A program made the translations under genes and the position numbers. From Bacteriovoracaceae bacterium (GTDB lineage Bacteria > Bdellovibrionota > Bacteriovoracia > Bacteriovoracales > Bacteriovoracaceae), in contig JBFGZE010000035.1 in the NCBI GenBank assembly GCA_041586955.1, positions 1 to 29,278 of the forward strand: a stretch of DNA of 29,278 bases. Direction: 5' to 3'. Below the pieces are notes generated by a model that did not search any database, was not told the origin of the DNA, and saw only the letters and a list, made by a program, of their open reading frames with translations. Within the stretch, counting starts at the first letter, position 1, and every line of letters begins with the position of its first letter. This document shows positions 8,871 to 18,662 of this stretch, piece after piece.

Positions 8871-9575
8871 ATGGAAACACTAAAAAAAATGGCGCCCCAC
8901 TTTCGTCCCCCGGCCTTTCCGGGCTCATACTTTTTAAGCTTTGAAGGCATTGAAGGAGCAGGAAAGTCGACTCAAATCATTCAGGCCAAGGATTACCTTG
9001 AGGCCCAGGGTTTTCGTGTTCTTATATTAAGAGAACCAGGTGGCACTGCCTTTGGTGAACGTTTGAGACAGGCCATCTTGGCCAGTCAGGCCCCCATTCA
9101 TCCTTTAGCTGAAATGCATTTATTCCTTTCGAGTCGCGCCCAATTATTGCATGAGGTAACTCTCAAGGAATTGGCCAATCCAGGCTCTGTCGTTATTTAC
9201 GATCGCTATATTGACTCTACTTTGGCCTACCAAGGCCAGGCGAGAAAATTAGGCATGGATACAGTTCTTAAATGTCATGAGTCCTTCCCTTTAAGCCTCA
9301 TGCCTCATAAAACCTTTCTATTGGATATTTCTCTGGAAACATCCATGCAAAGACAAAAAATGAGAAATGCTCCCAAAGATTATTTTGAATCCCAAGGTGA
9401 GGAATTTTATAAGCAACTCATTGCTGGTTATCATCATGCCCATGCAACTTTCCCGGACCGTATTATTAAAATAGATGGGAATCGATCTCAAGAAGTGGTA
9501 CAGGAAGATATTCAAAACCACTTGGCGCAATTAATCAAAACCCGTCAGGAGGCCAATGAACTCATTGATGGATAG
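8871..9575 (+). CDS. tmk: Thymidylate (dTMP) kinase
   Basis: FLSFEGIEGAGKSTQ P-loop, REPGGT, DRYIDSTLAYQG signature. Confidence 0.97.
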   Translation: METLKKMAPHFRPPAFPGSYFLSFEGIEGAGKSTQIIQAKDYLEAQGFRVLILREPGGTAFGERLRQAILASQAPIHPLAEMHLFLSSRAQLLHEVTLKELANPGSVVIYDRYIDSTLAYQGQARKLGMDTVLKCHESFPLSLMPHKTFLLDISLETSMQRQKMRNAPKDYFESQGEEFYKQLIAGYHHAHATFPDRIIKIDGNRSQEVVQEDIQNHLAQLIKTRQEANELIDG

Positions 9576-10362
9576 CCTCTTTGGACGCTATCAAAAAGGG
9601 AGAATTGGTCAATTTTATATTTTAAAATCCACAGGATTAGATCCTGCCCCACAAGAAACGCTAAACTCCTGGTGTCAACAATGGCTCATTAAGATCTTAT
9701 CCTTTGAGCTCAAGTTAGATGACGTCAAGGCACTTCATCTCTTGCAATTAGGGCATCCCGATATATTATGGCTGGCCCCTCCTGAAAAAGAATATTACTC
9801 CATAGAAAAAGATGAACTAGGCCCACTTTTTAAGGCCATGGCCTATGCCCCAATGGAATTACCTCGCCGTTGGATTATTTTACCCGATGCTCATGCGCTC
9901 AGTGAGCGTTTAGGAAATAAATTACTCAAAACCCTAGAAGAGCCCCAGGGTCAAACCTCTTTTCTCTTTCTTAACGCCAAGAGGTCGGCGCTCTTGCCAA
10001 CTATTGAATCACGGGCGATTGAATTATGCATCTCAGATTTAACTCCCTTAAAAACGAATAAAGCATTAAATCGACCATTTGGACTAGACTTTGAGGCCTT
10101 CTGCCTACAGGATCAACGCTTTTCTGAATTAATTAGCGAACATCAATTAGGGTCCCCCAAAGAATGGGCCTTTAATATGAAACTCTCTAAAGATAAGACT
10201 CTATTAGACAAAGCAACCCAGGCCTATATTGAGTGGCAAACAACCCAAATCACCGACTTCAAACAAAAAGAGCAACTCTTGCACGAAATCCAATGGTATT
10301 ATAACGCTAAACTTTACCATAACCGCGCAGCAGAGCGTATCTTTGGTCTATCTCTTCCCTAG
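9556..10362 (+). CDS. holB: DNA polymerase III subunit delta-prime (divergent)
   Basis: GHPDILWL, NKLLKTLEEP, LLPTIESRA motifs; canonical position between tmk and PSP1; AGGAGG SD inside the tmk 3' end. Confidence 0.85.
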   Translation: MNSLMDSLFGRYQKGRIGQFYILKSTGLDPAPQETLNSWCQQWLIKILSFELKLDDVKALHLLQLGHPDILWLAPPEKEYYSIEKDELGPLFKAMAYAPMELPRRWIILPDAHALSERLGNKLLKTLEEPQGQTSFLFLNAKRSALLPTIESRAIELCISDLTPLKTNKALNRPFGLDFEAFCLQDQRFSELISEHQLGSPKEWAFNMKLSKDKTLLDKATQAYIEWQTTQITDFKQKEQLLHEIQWYYNAKLYHNRAAERIFGLSLP

Positions 10363-10471
10363 TGAAATTCACCAAGAACTAAGCTTGGTTATCTTGCCAC
10401 CATATGCCTAGACAGTAGGTAACTCGCTTGAGATACTTGATTGTTTTCTAATTAAGATAACTGAGGAAAAA

Positions 10472-11803
10472 ATGCAAAGCACTGACGCGTCACAAATAGA
10501 ATCGCCAAATGATACGCACGAGGTCAAGAAGACTTCTGATGCGGAAAATGAATCACAAGAACAAGAGACTTCATCAGATGATAATAAAGAATCACGCTTT
10601 CGAGACGGCCAAGAATTAATGATGATCCGCGTGCGCTTTCCTGGTAATGCCAAATCATTTCCATTTCTTGTTGGAAAACGCCATTTTGCTTACGGTCAAA
10701 AGGTTGTCGCCATGAGCGATAGAGGAATGGATGTCGGTTATATCAATTCCTTTCCCTATGCTATTAAATTTAACAAGGGCATGTTGCCTATTCGCTCCAT
10801 CAATAAGGAAGCGACTAATGAAGATCTCGAGCACCAAAGAGAAAATGTATCTAAGGAAAGAGAAGCTGAATTAATCTGTAATGAATTAATCGAAAACTAT
10901 AAATTAGATATGAATATTACTCATGTTGAAATTATTCAATATGGTAAAAAAATGGTTTTTTATTTTAATGCACCTGCCAGAGTTGATTTCCGCAATTTGG
11001 TAAAAGATCTCGTCGGCCGTTTAAAAATGAGAATCGAATTACGACAAATTTAGGTACGTGATCGCGCTGCCGCTCTAGGTGCGACTGGACCTTGCGGCCT
11101 GCAAACATGCTGCTCATCTTTCTTAAAGAACTACGGCAATGTTTCGATTAAGATGGCCAAGAATCAAAACCTTGCTCTTATTCCCAACAAAATAAATGGT
11201 GTCTGTGGACAATTAAAATGCTGCATCCGCTACGAAGATGATGTCTATTCAGAAAAGCGTAAACGCCTCCCACGCGAAGGTAGCTTTCTAGAAGTTAAAA
11301 ATGGTGACAGGGGAAAAGTGACAAAATTGCATCTTATTATCGAGCAATTTGAAATGCTAACCGAAAAAGGTCAAATTAGACGTTATACTCAAGACCAATT
11401 TGATAAAGATAGCTTTCTCGGTAAAACTTATCGCTTTCCTGACCGTTTCGACCATATAGTCAATGAATCTAAAACCATTATTGGCCATGTCGAAAAAGTG
11501 GAGAAAAAAGAAGAAGAGGAAGATTTAACTTTTGGGGAAATGTTTAAACAGCAAGACAAATTAGAGGCCAAAACGGGTGATAACCAAGAAGCGGTAGCGA
11601 CAAAGGCCCCTACAGCGAAACCCGAAGAGAAAACAGGTGAAAGTCGTCACCGTAATAGAAACCGCAATCGAAACCGCAATAGAAACCGCAACCGAAAGGA
11701 AGGCGATCAGCAGAAAAGTGATGGCCTCAAGGATAAAAGGCCCAGTCAAAACAGGCGCCGTCGCCCCAATAAGCAAAACACCAGGCCGAAAGGAAATGAT
11801 TAA
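10472..11803 (+). pseudogene. ricT: PSP1-domain protein RicT/YaaT interrupted by one in-frame TAG at 11051-11053
   Basis: Track ORFs 10472-11053 and 11153-11803 share a frame. Reading through gives RVDFRNLVKDL...RIELRQI*VRDRAAALGATGPCGLQTCCSSFLKNYGNVSIKMAKNQNLALIPNKINGVCGQLKCCIRYE, the continuous PSP1/RicT signature (443 aa). Family call is secure; pseudogene versus error versus readthrough is not. Confidence 0.85.
11651..11697 (+). repeat. 12-bp tandem repeat encoding an (Arg-Asn)n tract
   Basis: AATAGAAACCGC / AATCGAAACCGC / AATAGAAACCGC / AACCGAAA at 11654-11697, encoding RNRNRNRNRNRNRNR. Confidence 0.85.
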
Positions 11804-11809
11804 AAAAAG

Positions 11810-13018
11810 ATGAAGGCCAAAGTTCTCCATACATCTGATTGGCATTTGGGGAAAAAAGTTTTTGGCCTTTCCCTTTTGCCAGAACAAACCCTCTTCCTAT
11901 CCTGGCTAGAGAGCAAGATTCAAAGCGAAAACATCCAATCCCTTGTCATCAGTGGTGATATTTTTGATGTACCAAGCCCTGGCCATGAAGCGCTAGATTT
12001 GTTTTATCAATTTCTTAAAACGATGGCCTTGCACCAAGTTGAAACCTTTGTAATGAGTGGCAATCATGATTCAGCGCTTTTTCTTGATGCTCAAAAGCAT
12101 TTCCTAGGACTGCACCATATTCACCTTCTCGGGTCCTTGGCCAACCTTTCTCCGGGTCAATGGCCTTTATATAGCTCTCAAACTGAACAATTCGATGTCT
12201 TAATCTTGCCCTATACCCGCCCCGTAGAATGGATCAATTGGGCAAAAAAGGAGGGGATCGACATCCCTACCGAATCCCCTACTTTAGGTTTGATGACCGA
12301 GTATATGAGCCGCGCACCCAAAAAAAGGTTCTCTAAAAGACTCCTCATGGCCCATCATGGCTTTGGGCATTTCACCAGTGCAGGTAGCGAATTCTCACTT
12401 TATGCTGATGGTATTGAGCATCTACCCTTATCGCTTTTCCCTACTAGTATTGACTATGTGGCCCTAGGCCATATTCATCAATTTCAGGAGATGCAAAAGG
12501 CGCCAAAGACTCCTATCGTCTATAGTGGCTCGCCCATCCCTTATCGCCATGAGGAAAATGCTTATAAAAAAATTGTCCTTGTTGAAATAAAGGACGAAGA
12601 GGCGATTAATTATAGCACTCTTGATGTGCCCATCTTTCGCCAAAGGGTGACTTTTAAGGGCGATACTAATACCATTAAAGAGCAATGTGAATCCTTTATC
12701 TCCGATTATCAAGGAAAGAGTGATTCACTTCCTCCATGGTTTTTAATGAATTTTAAGGACCGGCCTCCCTCCACCGAGGAAGGTCTCTATCTTAAACAAT
12801 TATCTTTTAAAATCGATGCCAAAATCCTGGCCTTTAATTGGCAAGGAAAAAAACAAAGACATAACCCAATAAACAGCGATGTCCGCCATATGAGTCTTCC
12901 TGGCCTCTTTGAGCAATACACCGAAGGTTTAGGCCTAAAGGTTCAAGAAAAAAAGGATTACCAAGAAATTTTTAATCAATTGATCAATTTTTGGCAGGAG
13001 AATCAAGTTGAGGATTAA
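11810..13018 (+). CDS. sbcD: Exonuclease SbcCD subunit D
   Basis: Phosphoesterase motifs HTSDWHLG, GDIFD, GNHD, AH, ALGHIH, YSGSPIP. Confidence 0.95.
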   Translation: MKAKVLHTSDWHLGKKVFGLSLLPEQTLFLSWLESKIQSENIQSLVISGDIFDVPSPGHEALDLFYQFLKTMALHQVETFVMSGNHDSALFLDAQKHFLGLHHIHLLGSLANLSPGQWPLYSSQTEQFDVLILPYTRPVEWINWAKKEGIDIPTESPTLGLMTEYMSRAPKKRFSKRLLMAHHGFGHFTSAGSEFSLYADGIEHLPLSLFPTSIDYVALGHIHQFQEMQKAPKTPIVYSGSPIPYRHEENAYKKIVLVEIKDEEAINYSTLDVPIFRQRVTFKGDTNTIKEQCESFISDYQGKSDSLPPWFLMNFKDRPPSTEEGLYLKQLSFKIDAKILAFNWQGKKQRHNPINSDVRHMSLPGLFEQYTEGLGLKVQEKKDYQEIFNQLINFWQENQVED

Positions 13019-16000
13019 TCAATTAAAAATTGATAATATCACCTCCTGGGTGGGTGAGCATACCATCGACTTTGATAAAGTTTGTGCCTATCAAGACCTT
13101 TTTGCGATTACAGGGCCCACGGGGAGTGGAAAATCCACTATTCTTAATTCTCTGGCCCTATGTTTTTACGGGCGTACCTTTCACCAACAAGTGGCCGCGG
13201 TAGATATGATTTCCCATGGCCAAATTTCAGGACAAATTGAATGTCATTTTACCCTCGAGGGAAATGCCTACAAGGCCCATTGGAGCTGTATCGCTCGTAA
13301 GAAAGATGGCTCCTTACGGCGCCAAATTTCACCAAAACGCTATTTGAAAAATTCCGCCGGCGAAATTCTCTCAATAGGTATGCAAGAGTTATTAGGACTG
13401 GATTTTGATCAATTCCGCCGGTGCGTAGTTTTACCACAGAATCAATTTTCAAAATTTCTCAAAGCGACCTATGGTGAACGCAAGGATATTCTTGAAAAGC
13501 TCTATGCTGGGGTGGCCCCCAAAAGTCTTGGTAAATTTCTAGGACAGCATTTAAGGAAAATCGATCAAGAAATAGAATATCTCAACTCTAGTCTTGGGCT
13601 ATTATCTCCCCTCGATGATTTGGCCTTAAAAAACCTAGAAGAAAAGCTATCTGCTCTTTCTCAAGCGACAGAGGGCCAGAAAAAGTCACTCACCCAAAAG
13701 CGGCAGACCTATCAACAATTACTCAAATTATGGGATAAACAAAAAGCTCATGATTCCCTGATGCTCAAGAAAAAACAAAAGAGTCATGATTTGGCGGCCC
13801 TGGAGTTACAGGCCAATAAGATTAAAGAGGATGCTAACCAAAAGAATGACCTGTGGTTAAAGTGGCAGGCCCAATACAAAAAGGATCTTCCCCTATTACA
13901 AGAGGCCCAGGCCCTCAATCTAGAAATCGCAAAAGTCCAAGAGCTGATTGAGCATAAAAAGCAGTCCTTGGACAAATACGTGACGCAATTAACTGATAAG
14001 GAAGGCCATAAAGAACGTTTAGGCCAAACCTACCAAGAATTAGAACAACAAAAAGTTCATTTACAGGCCAAATTTCAAGGAGACCCTGCGACTTATACAG
14101 AAGAGCAAAGTGAAATTCTGCAAAAATTACAACGCCTGCTCCATCAAGAGGAGTCCCTCAAGACGGAATGCAAAAACCTTGCTCTTTTGGTGCAAAAGGA
14201 AGAGGAAGAAATAGAAAGCATTGAACTTAAACGTCAGGCCTTTCTCGAGGCGATACCCCATATCGACCCGATCAATCCCTTATGGGAGGAAACTCTTAAA
14301 CGCTCTTGGCAAGAAAAGCGACTCTTAATTCAAGAAGAAAAAGAAAAGCATCAGCAAGGACAATTCCAATTATCTCAAAAGGAAAAGGAATTGCGCCAAC
14401 GTCAGGAAAATCACGAAACTCTTGAAAAACAATGGCAACAATTCCATCTCAGTTATAGTGAAAAATATAAAACGTGGAGAAAGGAACAAGAGCTATTTGA
14501 TCTTTGGGAACAGCAATTCATTGAACAATTAACTCTCGATTATCATAACCAACTCATCAGCGAAGCTAATGGCCAAGGTATTTGCTCTCTCTGCGATTCA
14601 CCACTATCCAATCATTTACCTCTGAAAGAAACTCAAGGTCCAACGGTTGATCTAACCCAATTCCAAGAAAAGAAAAAAATGGTCACCAACCTGGGCCAGG
14701 AATGTGATGCGCTTAAAATAAAGCTACAGCAGCTAGAGGACGATCTCAAAGAAAATGCTTTCACCGAAAAAGATGAGATCGACTTAAAGCAACAAAAACT
14801 TGATTTTGAAAACCAAACAAACATTTTGAGTAATCATCATGAGCAGCTAAATAAGCAATTAATCTTGCAAGAGGAGCAATTTCAGCTCTGGCAACAATGG
14901 CAAGGTCGTCTAAATCATTTAAAAGAGCAATTACCGGTCAATCAAAAAAATCAACTCAATAAAAACAAGGAAAAGGAGAATTTGGCCCAGGTTAAGGCCA
15001 AACTGATTCAGGACCTTCATCACTTCCCCTGCGATGAGGTTAGTCTTGACACCATTAACAATGCCCAAAAAATAATTACTCGTAATTATGAAAATTTTAT
15101 CCAATTGGGGGAGAAACTTAAATTAATTATTGTGCAAGGGAAAGAACTAGCGAGTGACGTGCTTAAGATTAAAAACCATATTGATCTATTGCGTGGTCAA
15201 CTCATTCAAGAAGAAGAAACCCTCATTGCCCTTAAAAAATCAAGATTAGCGATTCCTTTGGCGGACCCCTTGGGGCCACTAAGAGAAGAGTGGGCCTTAA
15301 AAAATGAAATTTTACAAAAAGATAATCACCAGGCGCAATCCTATTTGGCCACGAATCAACAACAAATAATCGACCTCACAACCCACCTGCAAAAAGATGA
15401 AGCTGACCTTTTGAACCTGGAAAAAGAGTTGGCATCACTAGAATTGCCCCCCGCAGACATGGCAATAGATTGGCCTGTGGTGATTCGAGAAGAAGAGACA
15501 CGATTGGCCAAGGCACAAACAACTTGCGGTGAAATGAGGGCACAGATAAAGAGCGCCCTAGAAACAAAAGAACAATATCAAAAGCTGGGACAGAAACAAT
15601 ATGACTTAATCAAAGAAAGGGACCGATATCATTTATTAGAGCCCCATATTTGTGGTGAATTATTCCGAAATTGGGCATTGGGTATTATTGAGGAGCAAAT
15701 TCTCTACCTGGCCAATGAGCAATTAGCGCCTCTCTCTAATGGCCGGTATCAATTAATTTCGCAAGGGCAAAAACATCAGGCGCCCCTTTATATTATGGAC
15801 TCCTGGCAATCTGGGGCCATCCGTAAAATCCATACCTTGTCTGGGGGTGAAACCTTTTTAGTATCCTTGGCGTTGGCCTTAGGGCTGGCGCATATGCTGC
15901 AAGGCCATAAATCAATCGATTGTTTTTTTATTGATGAGGGATTTGGTAGTTTAGATGATGAAAGCTTATCTCAAGTTCTTTTAGCGCTGGAGCAATTACA

Positions 16001-16112
16001 ACATCTAGGAAAAATGATTGGTGTTATTAGCCACGTCAAAAAGCTCACCAACCATATCAATGCCGGAATTCACCTTAAGTCAGATGAATCCGGCCAATTA
16101 CTTCACTTTTAG
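13008..16112 (+). CDS. sbcC: Exonuclease SbcCD subunit C (Rad50-like ATPase)
   Basis: Walker A GPTGSGKST, Q-loop LPQ, coiled coil with central CSLC hook, LSGGE signature, FFIDEGFGSLD Walker B, ISH; TTG start with AGGAG at 12996-13000. Confidence 0.95.
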   Translation: MRINQLKIDNITSWVGEHTIDFDKVCAYQDLFAITGPTGSGKSTILNSLALCFYGRTFHQQVAAVDMISHGQISGQIECHFTLEGNAYKAHWSCIARKKDGSLRRQISPKRYLKNSAGEILSIGMQELLGLDFDQFRRCVVLPQNQFSKFLKATYGERKDILEKLYAGVAPKSLGKFLGQHLRKIDQEIEYLNSSLGLLSPLDDLALKNLEEKLSALSQATEGQKKSLTQKRQTYQQLLKLWDKQKAHDSLMLKKKQKSHDLAALELQANKIKEDANQKNDLWLKWQAQYKKDLPLLQEAQALNLEIAKVQELIEHKKQSLDKYVTQLTDKEGHKERLGQTYQELEQQKVHLQAKFQGDPATYTEEQSEILQKLQRLLHQEESLKTECKNLALLVQKEEEEIESIELKRQAFLEAIPHIDPINPLWEETLKRSWQEKRLLIQEEKEKHQQGQFQLSQKEKELRQRQENHETLEKQWQQFHLSYSEKYKTWRKEQELFDLWEQQFIEQLTLDYHNQLISEANGQGICSLCDSPLSNHLPLKETQGPTVDLTQFQEKKKMVTNLGQECDALKIKLQQLEDDLKENAFTEKDEIDLKQQKLDFENQTNILSNHHEQLNKQLILQEEQFQLWQQWQGRLNHLKEQLPVNQKNQLNKNKEKENLAQVKAKLIQDLHHFPCDEVSLDTINNAQKIITRNYENFIQLGEKLKLIIVQGKELASDVLKIKNHIDLLRGQLIQEEETLIALKKSRLAIPLADPLGPLREEWALKNEILQKDNHQAQSYLATNQQQIIDLTTHLQKDEADLLNLEKELASLELPPADMAIDWPVVIREEETRLAKAQTTCGEMRAQIKSALETKEQYQKLGQKQYDLIKERDRYHLLEPHICGELFRNWALGIIEEQILYLANEQLAPLSNGRYQLISQGQKHQAPLYIMDSWQSGAIRKIHTLSGGETFLVSLALALGLAHMLQGHKSIDCFFIDEGFGSLDDESLSQVLLALEQLQHLGKMIGVISHVKKLTNHINAGIHLKSDESGQLLHF

Positions 16113-17509
16113 AAATCGCAATTTCGGGGAGTTCTTGGGAATGGGATCACATCACGAATATTTTTCATTCCAGTAATATACATAACGGCCCTTTCAAAGC
16201 CGAGTCCAAAGCCACTATGTGGACAAGATCCATACTTACGAAGATCCATATACCACCAAAGTGGTTCTTTTTGCATCCCTAATTGATCCATACGAGCAAC
16301 CATTTTGTCGAGATTATCCTCTCTTTGAGAACCACCAATCAATTCTCCAACACCAGGTACAAGTACATCCATCGCCCGCACGGTTTTGCCATCGTCATTT
16401 TGCTTCATATAGAAGGCCTTACACTCCATTGGATAATCAGTCACAATAACGGGGCCCTTATAATGCTCATCAGTGAGGTAACGTTCATGCTCCGTTTGCA
16501 GTTCTGCTCCCCACTCTGGCCTAAATTCAAATTTCTTACCCGACTCTTTTAAAATTTCAATGGCCTGGGTATAAGTGATTTTCTCAAATGGAGAATCCAT
16601 CACGTGCTTAAGACTTTCCATGTGCCCAGCAGGCTCTTTTTGCCATTTTCGCCATTGCATAATGGCCGCCATCTCCTTCTCTCCTTTTTCAAGGGCGTAT
16701 TGAATAAGATACTTAATATAGCGAGTGGCCAAGTCAGCATTTTCCTCCAGGTCAGCAAATGCGACCTCAGGCTCAATCATCCAAAATTCGGACAAGTGGC
16801 GAGGAGTGTTGGAGTTTTCGGATCGAAAGGTCGGTCCAAAGGTATAAACCTTGCCCATCCCCATAGCAAAACATTCGGCCTCTAATTGGCCAGTCACGCA
16901 AAGACTCGCCGCTTTACCATAATAATCTTTTTCGAAAATAACTTCGCCTTTCTTATCCTTAGGAAGGTTTTGAAGATCCATCGTCGTCACCTGAAACATT
17001 TCCCCCGCACCTTCAGCATCAACCGCCGTAATGATAGGACTATTCAGGTAGTAAAAACCTTCCTTCGTGAAGAACTCATGAGTCGCTTGGGCGAGGTGAT
17101 GACGAAGACGAAAGATGGCACCAAACAAATTGGTACGCGGCCTTAAATGGGCCTGCTCCCGAAGAAACTCGAGGCTTGTTGCTTTCTTTTGAAGGGGGTA
17201 GGATTCATTCACATTACCATATATTTCCAAAGATTGAGCGTGCATTTCGACACTCTGTCCCTTCCCCTGACTGGCCATAATTTTTCCCTTAATGGCGACA
17301 CAGGAACCCATTAAGATTTGTCCAACCTGATCCCCACCCTCGATATTATGATCGACGATAATTTGAAGGCTATCTTGAGAGCTTCCATCATTGAGAACGA
17401 CGAAGGCAAAGGTCTTAGATTGGCGCACACTGCGAACCCAACCTTTGACCAATAGCTCTTGATCAATAGGAGAATCGTTAAATATTTGTGAAATTGATGT
17501 ACGTTTCAT
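16109..17509 (-). CDS. asnS: Asparagine--tRNA ligase
   Basis: OB-fold KGWVRSVR...LNDGS, GPTFRSENSNTPRHLSEFWMIEPE, GELIGGSQRE, PHSGFGLGFER, IRDVIPFPR. Confidence 0.98.
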   Translation of the reverse strand: MKRTSISQIFNDSPIDQELLVKGWVRSVRQSKTFAFVVLNDGSSQDSLQIIVDHNIEGGDQVGQILMGSCVAIKGKIMASQGKGQSVEMHAQSLEIYGNVNESYPLQKKATSLEFLREQAHLRPRTNLFGAIFRLRHHLAQATHEFFTKEGFYYLNSPIITAVDAEGAGEMFQVTTMDLQNLPKDKKGEVIFEKDYYGKAASLCVTGQLEAECFAMGMGKVYTFGPTFRSENSNTPRHLSEFWMIEPEVAFADLEENADLATRYIKYLIQYALEKGEKEMAAIMQWRKWQKEPAGHMESLKHVMDSPFEKITYTQAIEILKESGKKFEFRPEWGAELQTEHERYLTDEHYKGPVIVTDYPMECKAFYMKQNDDGKTVRAMDVLVPGVGELIGGSQREDNLDKMVARMDQLGMQKEPLWWYMDLRKYGSCPHSGFGLGFERAVMYITGMKNIRDVIPFPRTPRNCDF

Positions 17510-17529
17510 TCGCTTATTCCCTTTCTGAC

Positions 17530-18522
17530 TTAAGCAATAACTTTATTTTTAATGGAGACTAGTTTTTCTTTATGAAGACGTGCCCCAAAATGAGTAACGA
17601 GCTTGGCGGCACCATGACAGGCCAACTCTCCCGCTATTTTAAAATCATGGCCAGCTGTTAGCGCGTAAAGAAAACACCCCGCGAACATATCGCCAGCACC
17701 ATTAGTATCGACCGCCTTCACTTCAGGGGCAAAGATATCAATAAGGTCTACACCATCATACAAAAGCGCTCCTAAAGGGCCGCGCGTAATAGCGAATTGT
17801 TTTGAATGTTGCTTGAGAGCTTCACAAGCACCTTCAATAGTATCAGTACCAGCAAATGACATCGCCTCTTCTTCATTACAAAAAAGAAGATCCACCCCAT
17901 CACCCATCATCTCAAGAAAACCATCTCGGAACCCCGCCACAATTCCGGGATCAGAAAAAGTAATAGACGTTTTAACATTATTTTTCTTGGCCAATTGATA
18001 GGCCTTAAGGGCTGCGTTTTTACCCGTTGGAGATGCCACTAAATAACCTTCCATATAGAGGTATTGTGATTTCGCCAATTCTTCTTCTATAATTTCTTCT
18101 TCTGAAAAAGTAGATGTTATACCAAGAAATGTGTTCATCGTACGATCGGCATCTGGTGTAATAAAAACCATACAACGCCCGGTTTTTCCTTCAGGCCTTT
18201 CATCTTTTAAATTTGTTGCCAGGCCTTCCGAGATAAGATCCTGACCATAAAAGTCACCAGTGGCATCGTTTGCCACTTTACATGAATAAAAGCCTTTCCC
18301 TCCCAATTGGGCCAAAGCAATCATTGTATTGGCGGCAGAACCACCGCAGCTTTGTTTATGGATTTTCGAATGAATCATACTCCATAACTCGTCCTGTCGA
18401 TCTTCGTCGACCAGCGTCATAAGACCTTTTTCGACACCTACTTTTTGAAGAAAACTCGGCTCAACTTCAATTTCCGTATCAACTAATGCGTTACCAATTC
18501 CATAAACATGATATTTAGACAT
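17530..18522 (-). CDS. PfkB-family carbohydrate kinase (adenosine kinase-like)
   Basis: GIGNALVD, GGSAANT, RTMNTFLG, EGY, CNEEEA, DTNGAGDMFAG. Confidence 0.93.
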   Translation of the reverse strand: MSKYHVYGIGNALVDTEIEVEPSFLQKVGVEKGLMTLVDEDRQDELWSMIHSKIHKQSCGGSAANTMIALAQLGGKGFYSCKVANDATGDFYGQDLISEGLATNLKDERPEGKTGRCMVFITPDADRTMNTFLGITSTFSEEEIIEEELAKSQYLYMEGYLVASPTGKNAALKAYQLAKKNNVKTSITFSDPGIVAGFRDGFLEMMGDGVDLLFCNEEEAMSFAGTDTIEGACEALKQHSKQFAITRGPLGALLYDGVDLIDIFAPEVKAVDTNGAGDMFAGCFLYALTAGHDFKIAGELACHGAAKLVTHFGARLHKEKLVSIKNKVIA

Positions 18523-18662
18523 AGACCTTCCTTTTTAAAGGTTTAGCCTAACAAAGTCGCCTATATCTGTCATCATTTCGCTGCTTTTAACACGGTGCTT
18601 ATCCCGACCTTTTTTATTCCAGCTATAATAAGTATTATTGTTTGTTATTAAAAGGAGCCTTA

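Noticed and set aside
11153..11803. Independent 216-aa gene starting MAKNQNL
   Set aside because: It is the in-frame C-terminal half of ricT; the Met is the internal SIKMAK motif and has no SD.
10472..11803. Genome-wide TAG reassignment or pyrrolysine
   Set aside because: At least six other genes in the window end at TAG at plausible positions (sbcC readthrough would run into asnS), no other gene has an internal TAG, and no pyl genes or tRNA are present.
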